This document shows, piece after piece, positions 11,608 to 25,120 of a DNA stretch of 64,000 nt; position 1 is the first letter of the stretch; the number at the start of each line of letters is the position of its first letter. The notes beneath the pieces are model-generated. The model was not told the origin of the DNA. It made no database searches and saw only the letters and a program-made list of their open reading frames with translations. A program made the position numbers and the translations under genes. Location of the stretch: NCBI RefSeq assembly GCF_036365525.1, contig NC_090396.1, forward strand, positions 22,420,283-22,484,282, written 5' to 3'. The DNA is from Heterodontus francisci (taxonomy: Eukaryota).

Positions 11608-12690
11608 TGTTACGACCACGTGAGAAAGAGGTCTATGGGTTCCCTCTCAGCCTTTTCCTGGTTTGGCCGTAACAGGATTTAATTTTTAAAACAACGTGTT
11701 TTTAGCTTCCCCTCAGTGAATCCTTGTTCTTAGATTTAAACAAGAAATGGATACATTTATTTACCTTAAAACTCTAATTTGGTTAAAACTACTAAAAATA
11801 TGCAACGCGACCATGCTAGCATGCATACGCGATAAATACAAATGCAAATAGAGACAGTAAAGGAGAAAGAATTAAAGGGGAGAGGTTTGAAGTAATATGG
11901 AATTCAGTTACTCGTTTTGAGTTGGATGTAGAGTCTTTGATTGCAGTTAAATCTTGCAGTCCTCGTTAGGGCCAAGTGCACACTTTCATTTTTTAGCTGC
12001 AGGAGTCTTCTCTCTTGAGACTTGAGTTGCTTCTGTGCTTTTCTTGAGAGAGAGAGAGAGATAGGTGCTCTTTGCTTCAAGTTCAGTCGCAGTTTGTTTT
12101 CAAATTGTTCTGTGAGCACAATTCAAACCAACCTGTGCCAGCCGGTTAGTCATATGACTAGCTCCTTATTTGGGACAACTTCTCCTGCGAGGTTTTGTCG
12201 ATACTTTCAATATTAGCAGATACCCTCAGTGGGAGAGGATGGAATGCTGGCTTTTACATATTCAGTGTCTCGTGATCCAAAATGCATCTGGCTAATTGAA
12301 TTAGGGGAAGCACTCCCGTGGTCTTGTCCAGGCAACTGTCTTTTAGAATGCAAAATGAGCAGTCATGTTTCCAGCCAATGTCCTTTTAAACCAAGCTATT
12401 TTTTCAGTCCAGTAACAGTTTAAAATTAATGTTCCACATGATGAAATTACTATGTCTCATTTTGGCAGGTGTCATTTTATTTATTTATTTATTTAGAGAT
12501 ACAGCACTGAAACAGGCCCTTCGGCCCACCGAGTCTGTGCCAACCATCAACCACCCATTTATACTAATCCTACACTAATCCCATATTCCTACAACATCCC
12601 CACATTCCCCATCACCTACCTATACTAGGGGCAATTTATAATGGCCAATTTACCTATCAACCTGCAAGCCTTTGGCTGGTTTTCATGACA
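11608..12690 (-). mobile_element. Solo LTR (family X, Gypsy or ERV-like) with a nested HE1 fragment
   Basis: TGT...ACA termini; 4-bp TSD ATAG (11604-11607 / 12691-12694); homologous in reverse orientation to 29717-30628. Confidence 0.85.
12474..12678 (-). mobile_element. HE1-type SINE, 5'-truncated
   Basis: (ttta)n tail then gatacagcactgaaacaggcccttcggcccaccgagtctgtg; matches the other HE1 copies. Confidence 0.85.
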
Positions 12691-14419
12691 ATAGAAAGAC
12701 ATTGATAGATTATGCGAGTGGGTAAAACTGGCAGATGGATTTTACACAGGTAAAAATGTGAAGTGATCCATTTTGGACCAAAAAAGTTTAGGTCTGTGCA
12801 TTACTGAAATGGTGACTAGCCACAAGTACTAAAATGTAGTGGTCAGGTACAGAAAATAATCAAAAAGGTTAATGCTCTGTTAGCCTTTATAGGGAATATA
12901 AAAGAGTAAGTTGTACAAAACCCTGGTCAGATTATATCTCGAGTACTGGGCACTGTATCTAAAAAAGGATATAGTGGCCTTGGAAGGAGGGCAGTGCAGA
13001 TTCACCAGAATGTTATTAGGGCTCCGAGGATTAAGTTATGAGGAGACATTACATAAAGTAGACTTGTATTCCCTGGAATATAAAAGGTTAAGGGGTGATT
13101 TGATTGAGGTTTTTACAATTTTGAAAGGAATTGATGGAATAGATAGAAACTTTTTCTGCTGGTGTGGGAATCTAGGACAAGGGGACATAATCTTAAAATC
13201 AGAGCCAGGCCATTCAGGAGAGAAGTTAGGAAACACTTCTTCACACAAAGGGTGGTGTAAGTGTGGAACTCTCTCCTACAAAAAGCAGTAGATGTGAGCT
13301 CATTCAATAATTTTAAATCTGAGATTGGTAGATCTTTGTTAGACAAGGGCATAAAAGTGTGACTGAACATTTTCCAAGGTCACTATTTCACTCACCATGT
13401 GAAGTACCAAGACTGGGCCAAAGCACTCAAATGGTTGCAAATGCCAGGATTGATGTTGCATGCATTGGCTTGGCAATATAAGGCAAGCTCTGACGGTGTA
13501 CAGAACTCAGAGGTTTGTGGACTGGGGCTTCTGACGATATATGAAAATCACTGATATGAAATTGCAGCCAATTCCCCTTCACTTACCTCATACAATGTCA
13601 CCAGTTAATGCAGTGGGTCAGTGAGTAGAACAGTGTTGAACATCTAAAAACAAAAAATGTGCAGAGAAACCTAGTTTACAGCAGTGATACTGGGATCACA
13701 GCCACTGAGAAGGGGAGTATGTAAAGAGTTTACAAAGACCCATGGCATATAGAATTGACTACTGTGCAGAATAGGACATTACAATGGAGCAAAGCAAATG
13801 AACAGTCGAGGCAAAGGAGGGGAGGGTGGTTTCAGGTTTCGACGATGGTGTCAACAGAATAATGTACACGTGAAATTTTAAATGTCAATAGCAAAACTGA
13901 CTTCTAATTGATAAAACTCTTTCTCATTCACTTACATTTTATTTACCTTCAAAGCATATTAAAATTTAATGCTGCTTATTTATATGTATGTAAATTGCCC
14001 CTGGCATAGTGTGGCCGACTTAATTAATTGCAGCCTGTATCACTTTTCCTAGTGAGTAGGTCGCATGTGAATCTGTAATTAATATTGCATGGAAATCAGT
14101 TGACATCCTATGTTTCTTTTATCTGTCTTGCAAGGGGTGGCGGTGGGTAGCCAACACTTGGGGGAAAGGGGAGGGGATGGGGACTGTCAGTGCCATGCAG
14201 TTATGCTACAGGTACCTATTTAACACCAGCTGAGCTCTCTCCAGTCATGAAGCAGGGGCAGGTGGGTAACTGGTCCAAATACCAGATAAAGACACATCTT
14301 CACAGGACCAACTGGTTCCTTGTCAAAACTTTAAAATGTTCATTGTTACATTCCTGCAAACACTCTGTGAAAACCCTGGCATGATAAAGAGAGGCTGAGG
14401 GCGGTTGCCAGTCTAGCAA

Positions 14420-14670
14420 TATCTCAATTTTAAAATTCTCATTCTATTTTTTATTAAAACACTCCATGGCCTCGCCCCTCATAATCTTTGTAATTTCTTC
14501 CAATCCTACAACCTTCCAAGATCTCCTCACTCCTCCAATTCCGGCCTCTTGCGCATCCCAATTTCTTTTGCTCTACCATTGGCGACTGTGCTTTCAGTTG
14601 CCTAGGCCTTGAGCTGTAGAATTCCCTCCCTAAATCTCTATGCCTCTCTGCCTCTCATTCTTTCTTTAAC
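14420..14670 (+). mobile_element. L2-type LINE 3' fragment
   Basis: ttttaaaattctc...ccatggcctcgcccctc...ccaattccggcctcttgcgcatccc, shared with 56.7 kb and 62.3 kb. Confidence 0.75.
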
Positions 14671-14881
14671 AGAAAGAAAGGCAGACCATCGAGCCACAGC
14701 TGACACCTGGGGGGTTCTCCAGTTTCCGAGGTTAAAAGAGCGAAGCTTCAGCTACTTGCTCAGGTGGTTGCTTAAGATCCCATGTCCAGCCCATTTCTTC
14801 TCCCTAAAACACCACCACCAAAAGCAGAGGCTCTGGTCACTCATCTCATTTTCTGTCTGTGGGTCCTTGCTGTGCACAGAT

Positions 14882-17800
14882 TTACAAACATACGAATTAG
14901 GAGCAGGGGTAGGCCACAGGCCCCTCAAGCCTGTTCCGCCATTCAATAACAGCATCGCTGATCTGATTGTAACCTCAACTCCACATTCCCGCCTACCCCG
15001 ATAACGTTTCATTCTTTGCTTATCAAGAATCTATCTACCTCTGCCTTAAGAATATTCACAGACTCTGCTTCCACTGCCTTTTCAGGAAGAGAGTTCCAAA
15101 GACTCACGACCCTCTGAAAGAAAAAAATTCTCTTCATCTCTGTCTAAAATGGGTGACCCCTTATTTTTAAATAGTGACCCCTAGTTCTAGATTCTCCCAC
15201 AAGGGGAAACATCCTTTCCACATCCACCCTGTCAAGGCTCCACAGGATTTTATATGTTTCAATCAAGTCGCCTCTTACTCTTCTAAACTTCAGCAGATAC
15301 AAGCCTAGCCTGTCCAACCATTCCTCATAAGACAGCCCACCCATTCCAGGTATTAGTCGAGTAAACCTTCTCAGAACTGCTTCCCCCGCATTTACATCCT
15401 TCCTTAAATAAGGAGACCAATACTGTATACAGTACTCCAGATGTGATCTCACCAATGCCCTGTATAGCTGAAGCATAACCTCCCTACTTTTGTATTCAAT
15501 TCCCTTCGCAATAAACAATAACATTCTATTAGCTTTCCTAATTACTTGCTGAACCTTTTTGTGATTCCTGCACTAGGATACCCAGATCCCTCTGCATCTC
15601 AGAACTTTTCAATCTCTCACCATTTAGATAATATGCTTCTTTTTATTCTTCCTGCCAAAATGAACAATTTCACACTTTCCCACATTATACTCCATTTGCC
15701 AGGTCTTTGCCCACTCACTTAACCTGTCTATATCCCTTTGTAGCCTCCTTATGTCCTCTTCACAATTTACTTTACTACCTATCTTTGTGTCATCAGAAAA
15801 GTTAGCAACCATACTTTCAGTCCCTTCATCCAAGACATAAATTATAAAAAGTTGAGGCCCCAGTACAGATCCCTGTGGCACACCACTCGTTACATCTTGC
15901 CAACCAGAAAATGACCCATTTAAGCCTTCTCTGTTTCCTGTTAGCTAACCAATCTTCGTTCCATGCCAATATGTTATCCCCTATACCATGAGCTTTTATT
16001 TTTTGCAATAACCTTTGATGTGGCACCTTATCAAATGCCTTCTGGAAATCTAAGTACAGTACATCCACTGGTTCCCCATTATCCACAGCACATGTTACTT
16101 CTTCAAAGAACTCCAATAAATTGGTTAAACATGATTTCCCTTTCACAAAACCATGTTGACTCTACATGATTACCTTCAATTTTTCTAAGTGGCCTGCTAT
16201 AATGCCTTTAATAATAGCGTCTTACATTTCCCCTATGACAGATGTTAAGCTAACTGGCCTGTAGTTTCCTGCTTTCTGTCTCCCTTTTTGAATAAAGGAG
16301 TTAGAGTGGCAATTTTCCAATCTAATGGAACCTTTCCCAAATCTAGGGAATTTTGGAAAATTAAAGCCAACGCATCAACTATCTCACTAGCCACTTCTTT
16401 TAGGACCCTAGGATGAAGTCCCATCAGGACCCAGGGACTTGTCAGTAAAGGCCTGAGTCAGGTCGAGTCAGGCTCGGGCTCGGGTTGGGTCAGGCTCGGG
16501 GCAAAATCAGAGGGACTTGGGCAGGGTCGGGCTTGGTCCGCTGTGGTTTGGCTGGGTTCGGCTCGTGTTCTTTTTCCCGACTTGAGCATGCCTTTACTTG
16601 TCAGCCCACAGTTCCAACAATTTGCTCAATACCACTTCCCTGGTGATTATAATTTTCTTGAGTTCCTCCCTCTCTTCCATTTCCTGATTTACAGCTATTT
16701 CTGGGATGTTACTTTTACACTCTATAGTGAAGACTGATGCAAAATACCTGTTCAATTCAAATGCCATCTCCTTATTTTCCCTTATTAATTCCCCAGACTC
16801 ACTTTCTCTGGGGCCAATCCTCACTTTTAACTTTTCTTTTTTAAATATCTGTAGAAAATCTTACTATCTGTTTTTATATTTCTAGCTAGCTTTCTCTCAT
16901 ACTCAAATTTTTCCCTCCTTATCAATCCTTCAGTCATTCTTTGTTGCACTTGTTACACTCTGTCTAATCTTCTGACCTGCCACCCATTTTTGCGCAATTA
17001 TATGCTTTTTCTTTAAGTTTGATACTATCTTTAACTTTTTTAGTTAACCACAGATAGTGGGTCCTTTCTTTGGAATTTTTCTTTCTTGTTCGAATGTATG
17101 TATTCTGTGTATTCTGAAATATTCCTTTAAATGTCTGCCACTGCATCTCTATTGACCTATCCCTTAACCTAATTTGCCAGTTCACTTTAGCTAGCTCTGC
17201 TTTTATGCCCTCATAATTATCCTTATTTAAGTTTAAAATGTTAGTCTTGGACCTATTTTTTTCTCCCTCAAACTGAATGTAAAATTCAATCATATTATGA
17301 TGGCTGCTACTTAGGGATGCCTTCTCTATGAGGTCATCAATCAATCCTATCTCATTGCACAATACCAGGTCTAGTATGGCCTGCTTTCTGGTTGGCTCCA
17401 GAACGTGCTGTTCTAAGAAACTATCCTGAAAATATTCTATGAACTCCTCATTTAGGCTACCTTTGCCCATCTGATTTTTCCAGTCTATATGTAGGTTAAA
17501 ACCCCCCATGATTATTGCTGCACCTTTCTGACAAGCTCCCATCATTTCTTCCTTTATACTCTGTCCTAACAGTGTGGTTACTGCTAGGGGGCCTGTACAC
17601 CACTCCCACGAGTGACTTCTTGCCTTTATCATTTCTCATCTCTACCCAAACCGCTTCTACATCCTGGTTTCCTGAACTTAGCTCATCCCTCTGTAATGTG
17701 CTAATACTATCATTAATTAACAGAGCCACCCCGCCACCTTTTCCTCGCTTCCTATCCTTCCTAAATGTTATGCACTCGTCAATATTCAGCTTCCAATCTT

Positions 17801-18190
17801 TGTTATCCTGCAGCCATGTCTCTGTAATGGCTGTCAGATCGTATTTATTTATTTCTATTTGCACTATCAGTTCATCTTTTGTTTCGAATTCTACGTGCAT
17901 TCAGATACAGAGCCTTTAGTTCTGTCCTTTTATTATTTTTGTAACATCTAGCCTTGACTGCTGATTTACTCTTAAATTTGTACTCTTTGCCCCTTCCTGT
18001 CAGGGTCTGTTTATCATTTCCCATATTAATACCCTTCTCTCTTGCCTTGTCTTTACTCTTTGATTTACCACACCTTCCCAAATTTGATCCCTTGCCCCTA
18101 ATTTTTAGTTTAAAACCCTCTCTACTTCTCTAGTTATGCGGCTCACTAGAACACCAGCCCCAGCATGGTTCAGGTGTAGACCATCCAAAT
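14882..18190 (-). mobile_element. Long CR1 LINE copy (ORF1 C-terminus, ORF2 endonuclease and RT, 3' tail), decayed
   Basis: ORF1 esterase-like DGLHLNHAG (~18160-18186); APE motifs LYLNARRIRNK, AITETWL, GVVYRPP; RT motifs LDFQKAFDKVPH, PQGSVLGP, FSDDTKI; many frameshifts. Confidence 0.95.
16446..16596. mobile_element. 151-bp hAT-type MITE inserted in CR1
   Basis: Exact 8-bp TSD cttgtcag (16438-16445 / 16597-16604); TIRs taaaggcctg / catgccttta; interior of GGGTC/GGCTC-like repeats. Confidence 0.85.
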
Positions 18191-18409
18191 GGTATTTGAC
18201 AACATAAGAACAGCAAATCGGACTTCAAAAGTAATTCATTAGAGGTGAAGCATTTTGGGATGTCCTGAAGATCTAATAGCTAGTTTCTGTTGGGCAAGTA
18301 GTTCAAATGTATTCCAGTTAAAGTAACTTTGCAATAAATATATCTACATGCTTATATCTGTTATAAGATTAAAATGCATCACTCTTCACAGAAATACAGT
18401 CTAACGTCA

Positions 18410-18615
18410 GCAAAAAAGATGCTTTTATGTAATGCTTTTCACAACCCCGGGACACCCTAAATTGTTTTGAGACCCTCCTTTGACCAAGCTTTTGGTCATC
18501 TGCCCTAGTATCTTCTTTTGTGATTCGGTGTCAAATTTTTCTGATAATGCTCCTGTGAAGGGCCCTGGAGCATTTCACTATGTTAAAAGTGCTAGATAAA
18601 TCCGAGTTGTTGTTG
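18410..18615. mobile_element. Deu-SINE tail fragment (-) joined to an L2 3' tail (+)
   Basis: gcttttcacaaccccgggacacccta followed by ctttgaccaagcttttggtca...aaaagtgctagataaatccgagttgttgttg. Confidence 0.55.
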
Positions 18616-18875
18616 TATTATAAATTGCATTTCAAAACATCTGGACCATTCCTGTGACTGTATGAAAGTATGCATTCCCTTTATGTTTATGGATGTTAAT
18701 CAGTGTCCCAAATGCACTGACTGACTCTGCAGCATAAGTGTGACCAAATTACGTTTCTCTTTTATTAGAGTCTTGAGATCTACTGCTATGGCCAAGTCTC
18801 CCTGTCCTTTTTGGGGCCTATGATATATGTGGAGAAGAAAAATGCCCTCTCTGGATTCTCAGTCCTTTCTTAAGA

Positions 18876-19980
18876 TTTTTTTTGAATTCTTTCATGAGAT
18901 GTGAGCATTGTTGGCAAGGCCAGCATTAGTTGCCCATCCCTAATTGCCCTTGAGAAGGTGGTGGTGAGCTGCCTTCTTGAACTGCTGCAGTCCATGTGGG
19001 GTAGTTACACCCACAGTGCTGTTCGGAAGGGAGTTCCAGGATTTTGACCCAGCTACAGTGAAGGAATGGTGATATAGTTCCAAGTCAGGATAGTGTGTGA
19101 CTTGAAAGGGAACTTGCAGGTGGTGGTGTTCCCATGCATCTTCTGCCCTTGTCCTTCTAGGTGGTAGAGGTCGCGGGTTTAGAAGGTGCTGTCTAAGGAG
19201 GCTTGGCGAGTTGCTGCAGTGTATCTTGTAAATGGTACACACTGCTGCCACTGTGGTGGGGCAGAGAATGAATGTTTAAGGTGGTGGGTGGGGTGCTGAT
19301 CAAGTGGGTTGGGTTGTCCTGGATATGTCAAGGTTCTTGAGTTTTGTTGGAGCTGCACCCATCCAGGCAAGTGGAGAGTATTCCATCACACTCTTGATCT
19401 GTGCATTGTCTTATAGCCACAGTGTTTATATGGCTGGTCCAGTGAAGTTTTTGGTCAATGCTGACCCCCAGAATGTTGATGCTGGGGGATTCCATGATGG
19501 TGATGCTGTTGAATGTCAAGGGGAGATGATTGCATTCTCTTTTGTTGGAGGTGGTGTGGCTTGAACAATGTTGTCCAGGTCTTGCTGCATGTGGGCACAG
19601 ACTGCTTCAGTATCTGAGGAGTCACAAATGGTGCTGAACATTGTACAATCTTCAGCAAACATTCCCATTGCTGGCCTATGATGAAGGAAAGGTTATTGAT
19701 GAAGCAGCTGAAGATGGTTGAGCCTAAGACACTACCCTGAGGAACTCCTGCAGTGATGTCCTACAGCTGAGATGATTGACCTCCAACAACCACAATCATC
19801 TTCCTTTGTGCTAGATATGACTCCAATCAGTGGAGCATTTTCCCCCTGATTCCCATTGACATAAATTTTGCTAGAGCTCCCTTGATGCCATACTCGGTCA
19901 AATGCTGCCTTGATGTCAAGGCAGTTACTCTCATCTCACCTCTCAAATTCAGCTTGTTTGTTCATGTTTGGACCGAGGCT
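18876..19980 (-). mobile_element. LINE family B, RT and 3' end, with internal deletions
   Basis: ORF pieces INILGVSIDQKLHWTSHIN and AVCTIYKIHCSNSP; family-B tail. Confidence 0.9.
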
Positions 19981-21087
19981 CATAGTAGTAAGCTTCTATA
20001 AAAAAATTGCATGCTGTCTTTGAAGTGAATCTGATACACCTTGTCTGGACTGAAGAGGTTGATGTGCAGTAAGATTTACAATTACCCAATTCTCCAATTA
20101 CACACCAAAAATAATGTACAGATGCCCACCATTTTTTCCTTGATTGCTTTCATAAGCATTTAAAACTATCCTGACAAATGATATGTTTCCAGCTAACTAT
20201 AAACAAATATTTCACATGCAAATAAAAATCAGGGCAATGTAAGCAGGCTGCTGATTCGCTATCACCTCTTTTACACTATAGCGCAAAATCAAAATCTGCC
20301 CCAATAAGTCTAAGTTCCCACTGTTAGGATATTGACAAATGTTTTTGAAAAATATTTGATTTAATTTCCCACAAAGCATGTTTCCAGTCCTTCAAGGGAT
20401 TCCTCTCATTTAAAACATGGAAATTCATCAATGCTCCCATATTCTGCATCTGTTTCAGTCCAGATCTTGCCACTTTCTGATGACTTTATCATTTAAAAAA
20501 ACACATCCAGAGGCACGCAAAAAAAATCATGTAATTTCCCTGAATTCCAAAATGGCTGACTCAGGTTACTAGTGGCAAAGATATGGCATCGATTGTTAAG
20601 AAAGGCCACAAACTAAGATTCACTCAAGTTCAGCAGTGTGCACTAACACTACAACTCCACCAAATGCCCTTAAAACCCATAACTGTCACCATGAAATGTC
20701 AGGACTTAGAATATAGTTTCCAGTTGCGATCTCCTCAAGGCAGGCGGTATTGAGACTTGAAATTGGAGCAGAGGAGGGGCATTAGACTAATCCCCAGAAT
20801 AAAGCATCTTAGTAATAAAGATAGGCTAAAAGAGTTGGGATTCTACACTTTAAAGAAGGGTAGAATTAAGGGTGATCTGACTGGGTTTATAAGACGATGA
20901 AGGGAATAAATTGTGTTCCAGTTGATAGTCTGTTTCCAAAAAGTAGATTAGGGAGGACCAGCGGTCACCCGGAACTAGGTTGAATGTCAGGAGGTGGTTC
21001 TTTTCCCAGAATATAGTGGACCTCTGGATCAGGCTAACAAGTCCTGTGGTGGGCGCCAATTCACTGAATTCCTTCAAGCAAGAGCTG

Positions 21088-21252
21088 TGTTAATTGTATT
21101 TAACTATATGCAGGTGGAGGATCTTAATTGGGTGAGGGTGTGTGGTGGTGGTTGAGTTAGGAGGTGTACGCTTGTAATGTTTCACTCTGTAAATAAATGT
21201 TAGACTGAGTAAAGATTGACTCCTTCAACAGCTGGCTTTCTTGAATATAACA
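21088..21252 (+). repeat. copia 5' LTR
   Basis: Direct repeat of 27080-27291 with indels; contains AATAAA. Confidence 0.9.
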
Positions 21253-21270
21253 TTGTAGCAAAGGATGGTT
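21253..21270 (+). promoter_or_regulatory. Primer binding site, initiator tRNA-Met
   Basis: ttgtagcaaaggatggtt matches TGGTAGCAGAGGATGGTT (complement of the vertebrate tRNA-iMet 3' end) at 16 of 18 positions, immediately after the LTR. Confidence 0.85.
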
Positions 21271-21854
21271 GCCTAAAGATGAAGGAAGGGAACTAAGAGA
21301 AAAGAAATTCAGACAGAAAAGTACAATCCTATGGCCATTGTGAGAAATGCCAGAAAGCAAGTGTAAATTGTGAGGGTATGATTACCCGCCAATGTTCTCG
21401 CAATCTGAACTATAAGAGCAGTGGAAGAATGAAGTAGCTATATGGACACGGGTTACGTCCCTACCAAAGAGGGAACAAGGTATGGCCTTGGCATTGTCGC
21501 TTCCTATCAGAAGTAAAATCAGAAATAAAGTATTTAGTGAGCTGAATGCCCATCAGTTGGATACTGATGAAGGTTTGGATCTTCTATTAGAGTTCTTGGA
21601 TGACATTTACAAGAAAATGATCTATTAACTGCCTATGAAGCATGGCCAGACTTTGATAATTTTTGGAAAACAGATGGTTATTCAATGGAGGAACATATCA
21701 TGGGCTTTCACAGACTGTACCAAAAATTGAGGAAATTCAATTTAGAAATCCATGGTTCAGTGCTAGCATTTAAATTGTTGCCTTGTGCTCAGTTGTCACA
21801 TATGGACAGGCTGCTGGTTCAAACTGGTGTTTGGTTCTCAGAGATTCCCTGTTA

Positions 21855-22086
21855 AAGTCATACAGTCATAGAGTTATACAGCACAGAAACAGGTCCATTG
21901 TCCCATCGTGTCTGTGCCAGCCATCAAGCACCTAACTATCCTAATCCCATTTTCCAGGACTTGGCCCGTAGCCTTGTATGCTATGGCGTTTCAAGTGCTT
22001 GTCTAAATACTTCTTAAATGTTGTGAGGGTTCCTGCCTCTATCACCTCTCCAGGCCGTGCGTTCCAGATTCCAACCACCCTCTGGG
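21855..22086 (-). mobile_element. CR1 3' end nested in copia gag
   Basis: (agtcatac/g) tail plus cagcacagaaacagg...ttccagattccaaccaccctctgg; gag resumes at DQMFAALKK. Confidence 0.85.
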
Positions 22087-24089
22087 TAGATCAGATGTTT
22101 GCTGCCTTGAAAAAAATCCTGGAGAAACATTCATTTCCTGCAGCCATGGTGGAACAAATGGGACATTCTGCGGTGACACACTCAATGATTCCCGGATTTC
22201 AAATTGGTCCAGATACTGGATGCAGGCATCAGTACAATGGAAGAGTTATAGACAGGTGGAATGAGAATGAAAGTACCTTTAGCAGATCTGGTTATTACAG
22301 CAGAAAATAGAATTGGAACAGTAATAATAGGCGATTGAATCCCAGGAATGCCCAAGATCCAGTTAATAGGTGTTTCAGGTTTGACTCAAAATATCATTAT
22401 GCGATGAACTGCCCAAAGCGGGGAGGCAGGATCCTCAAAATGACAAATGACACAGAGAATTCTGAAGCAGAAGATGAAGATAATGATGAATCCAAATGAA
22501 CTGTACTAGCTACAAGGCATTTTAGTCATGTGATGAATGTGTTAGTAACAGACTCGTTCAACTGTACTGTGCTAGATAGTGCTTGCACTTCTATAGTATG
22601 TGGAACAGATTGGTTAAATGCTATCTAGATTTCCTCAGTCGTGAGGATCGAGGCAAGGTTAAGGAATATAAAAATATTACTTGCTTTAGGTTTGATGATG
22701 ACAACACATTGAGGTCACCAAAGAGAGTTGCAATTCCATGTAAAATAGCTGGAGTAAGCCATTTTATCAGTGCTGATTTAGGCTCTAGAGAGATGCCTTT
22801 ACTGTTGAGTAAACCTTCTATGAAAAAGAGAAAAAGGCACAAATGAAACTTGACTTGGAGCTTGGTGAGGTAATTATTTTTGGAAAGTCAGTGGATCTAG
22901 AGATTATTCAATCAGGACATTATTGTATTGCCTTAACAAAACCTGATATTTTTCATCAGAGTGTGATACATGTATTAATGGCATCAGATGATAAGAATCA
23001 GAGAGAGAAAAAAAGCAAATTGTCTTAATGTTCCACAGCCAATTTGGTCACCCTACGTGTCAAAGATTAAAAACCTTGCTAAAGGCTGCAGGTGTGGTTG
23101 ATGAAGAGTATACGAGGCTAATAGAAGAGATTGGTGAGAAGTGTGCAATCTGTAAAAAGTATCGGAGGCTTCCGCCACATCCTATTGTAAGTCTTCCATT
23201 GGCACATGATGTTAACAAGGTAGTTGTCATGGATCTAAAGACAGAAATATTTTCACTCTATATTTTATAAGTCCTGGCAACCTGATTTAGTCTGTTTGCA
23301 CTAATACATAGGAAGGACAAAAGGATGATTATAGACAAAGTCACAGAGAAATGGATAGGGACCTGACTTGGTGCACCAATGACGAGTGCAGAGACATGTG
23401 TGAAAACATAAACATTATGGTTATGAATACTGCAGCTGAAAGTCCTTTCAGCAATGCGTTCTGTCAATGGAATCACGCTGTGATCAATGAAATGCTGCAG
23501 AAAATCTCAGCTGACCAACCAAGCTGCAAGTGACAACTGCCCTGACATGGGCAGTTCATGTAAATAATTTGTTTCAGATGGTTGGAGGGTATAGTCCCCA
23601 TCAATAAGTTTACAGGTGAAATCCCAAATTGCCTCTGTTGTGTGACAGTCCTCCTAGTCTACAGGGTACTACAATTAGTTCCATTTTCCTGCACATTTGA
23701 ATCCTTTACATGCTAGGAGATGGGCTTTCAGCAAGGCAGAGGTCTCAGAGAAAATTTGGAGAACTCTGAGGCATCATAATAAGACCATCTGAGACATAAT
23801 TTGATTCAGGAGATTTAGTTTATTATAAAAGAGAGGATCATGGGGAATGGAAAGGCCCTGGTAAGATAATAGGTCGTGATGGTAAGAAAGGATTAATTTA
23901 AAAAAATCAAACTCTGAGTAGCTGATAGAAGTAGACGAAGCACCTTGTATCTCAAATGCTCATGTGTTTTGTATTGAAGGTCCTGAGGAACAGAATATAG
24001 TAGATCAAGGACTGGATAGTGGTAATGTGAGTGATCAGGACCACATGACAGAGCTACTGCATCCAAAGGCCAATTGCCCTGAGTGGGTA

Positions 24090-25120
24090 TATTTATTCGT
24101 TCATGGGTTTGGGCATCGCTGGCTAGGCCAGCATTTATTGCCCATCCCTAATTGCCCTTGAGAAGGCAGGGTGAGCTGACTTCTTGGATTGCTGCAGTCC
24201 ATGTGGGGTAGGTACACCGACAGTGCTGTTAGGAAGGGAGTTCCAGGATTTTGACCCAGCAACGGTGAAGGAACAGCGATATAGTTCCAAGGCAGGATAG
24301 TGTGAGACTTGGAGGGGAACTTGCAGGTGGTGGTGTTCCCATGGATCTGCCGCTGTTGTCCTTCTAGGTGGTAGAGGTCATGAGTTTGGAAGGTGCTGTC
24401 TAAGGAGTCTTGGTGCGTTGCGGCAGTGCATCTTGTAGATGGTACACACTGCTACCACTGTGCGTCAGTGGTGGAGGGAGTGAACGTTTATGGATGGGGT
24501 GCCAATCAAGTGGGCTGCTTTGTCCTGGATGGTTTCCAGCTTCTTGAGTGTTGTTGGAGCTGCACCTATCCAGGCAAGTGGAGAGTATTCCATCACACTC
24601 CTGACTTGTGCCTTGTAGATGGTGGACAGGCTTTGGGGAGTCAGGAGGTGAGTTACTCGCCACAGGATTCCCAGCCTCTGACCTGCTTTTGCAGCCCTGG
24701 TATTTTTTGGCTACTCCAGTTCAGTTTCTGGTCAATGGTAACCTCCAGGATGTTGATAGTGGGGGATTCAGTGATTGTAATGCCATTGAATGTCAAGTAG
24801 TTAGATTTTCTCTTGTTGGAGATGGTCATTGCCTGGCACTTGTGTGGCATGAATATTACTTGCCACTTATCAGCCCAAGCCTGGATATTGTCCAGGTCTT
24901 GCTGCATTTCTATACGGACTGCTTCAGTATCTGAGGAGTTGCGAATGGTGCTGAACATTGTGCAATCATCAGAGAACATCCCACTTCTGACCTTATGATT
25001 GAAGGAAGGTCATTGATGAAGCAGCTGAAGATGAAGGAACTCCTGCAATGATGTCCTGGAGCTGAAATGATTGACCTCCAATAACCACAACTATCTTCCT
25101 TTGCGCTAGGTATGACTCCA
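24090..25120 (-). mobile_element. LINE family B nested in copia pol
   Basis: ORF 24653-24979 FSDDCTMFSTIR...QQDLDNIQAWADKWQ; family-B tail near 24092. Confidence 0.9.

Larger units (their letters stand above)
11520..13360 (+). mobile_element. CR1 LINE ORF2 3' part, split by a solo LTR
   Basis: KFANNTKIG before the LTR, KDIDRL.EW after it; ORF 12911-13291 reads YKTLVRLYLEY...LRGDLIEVF. Confidence 0.85.
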
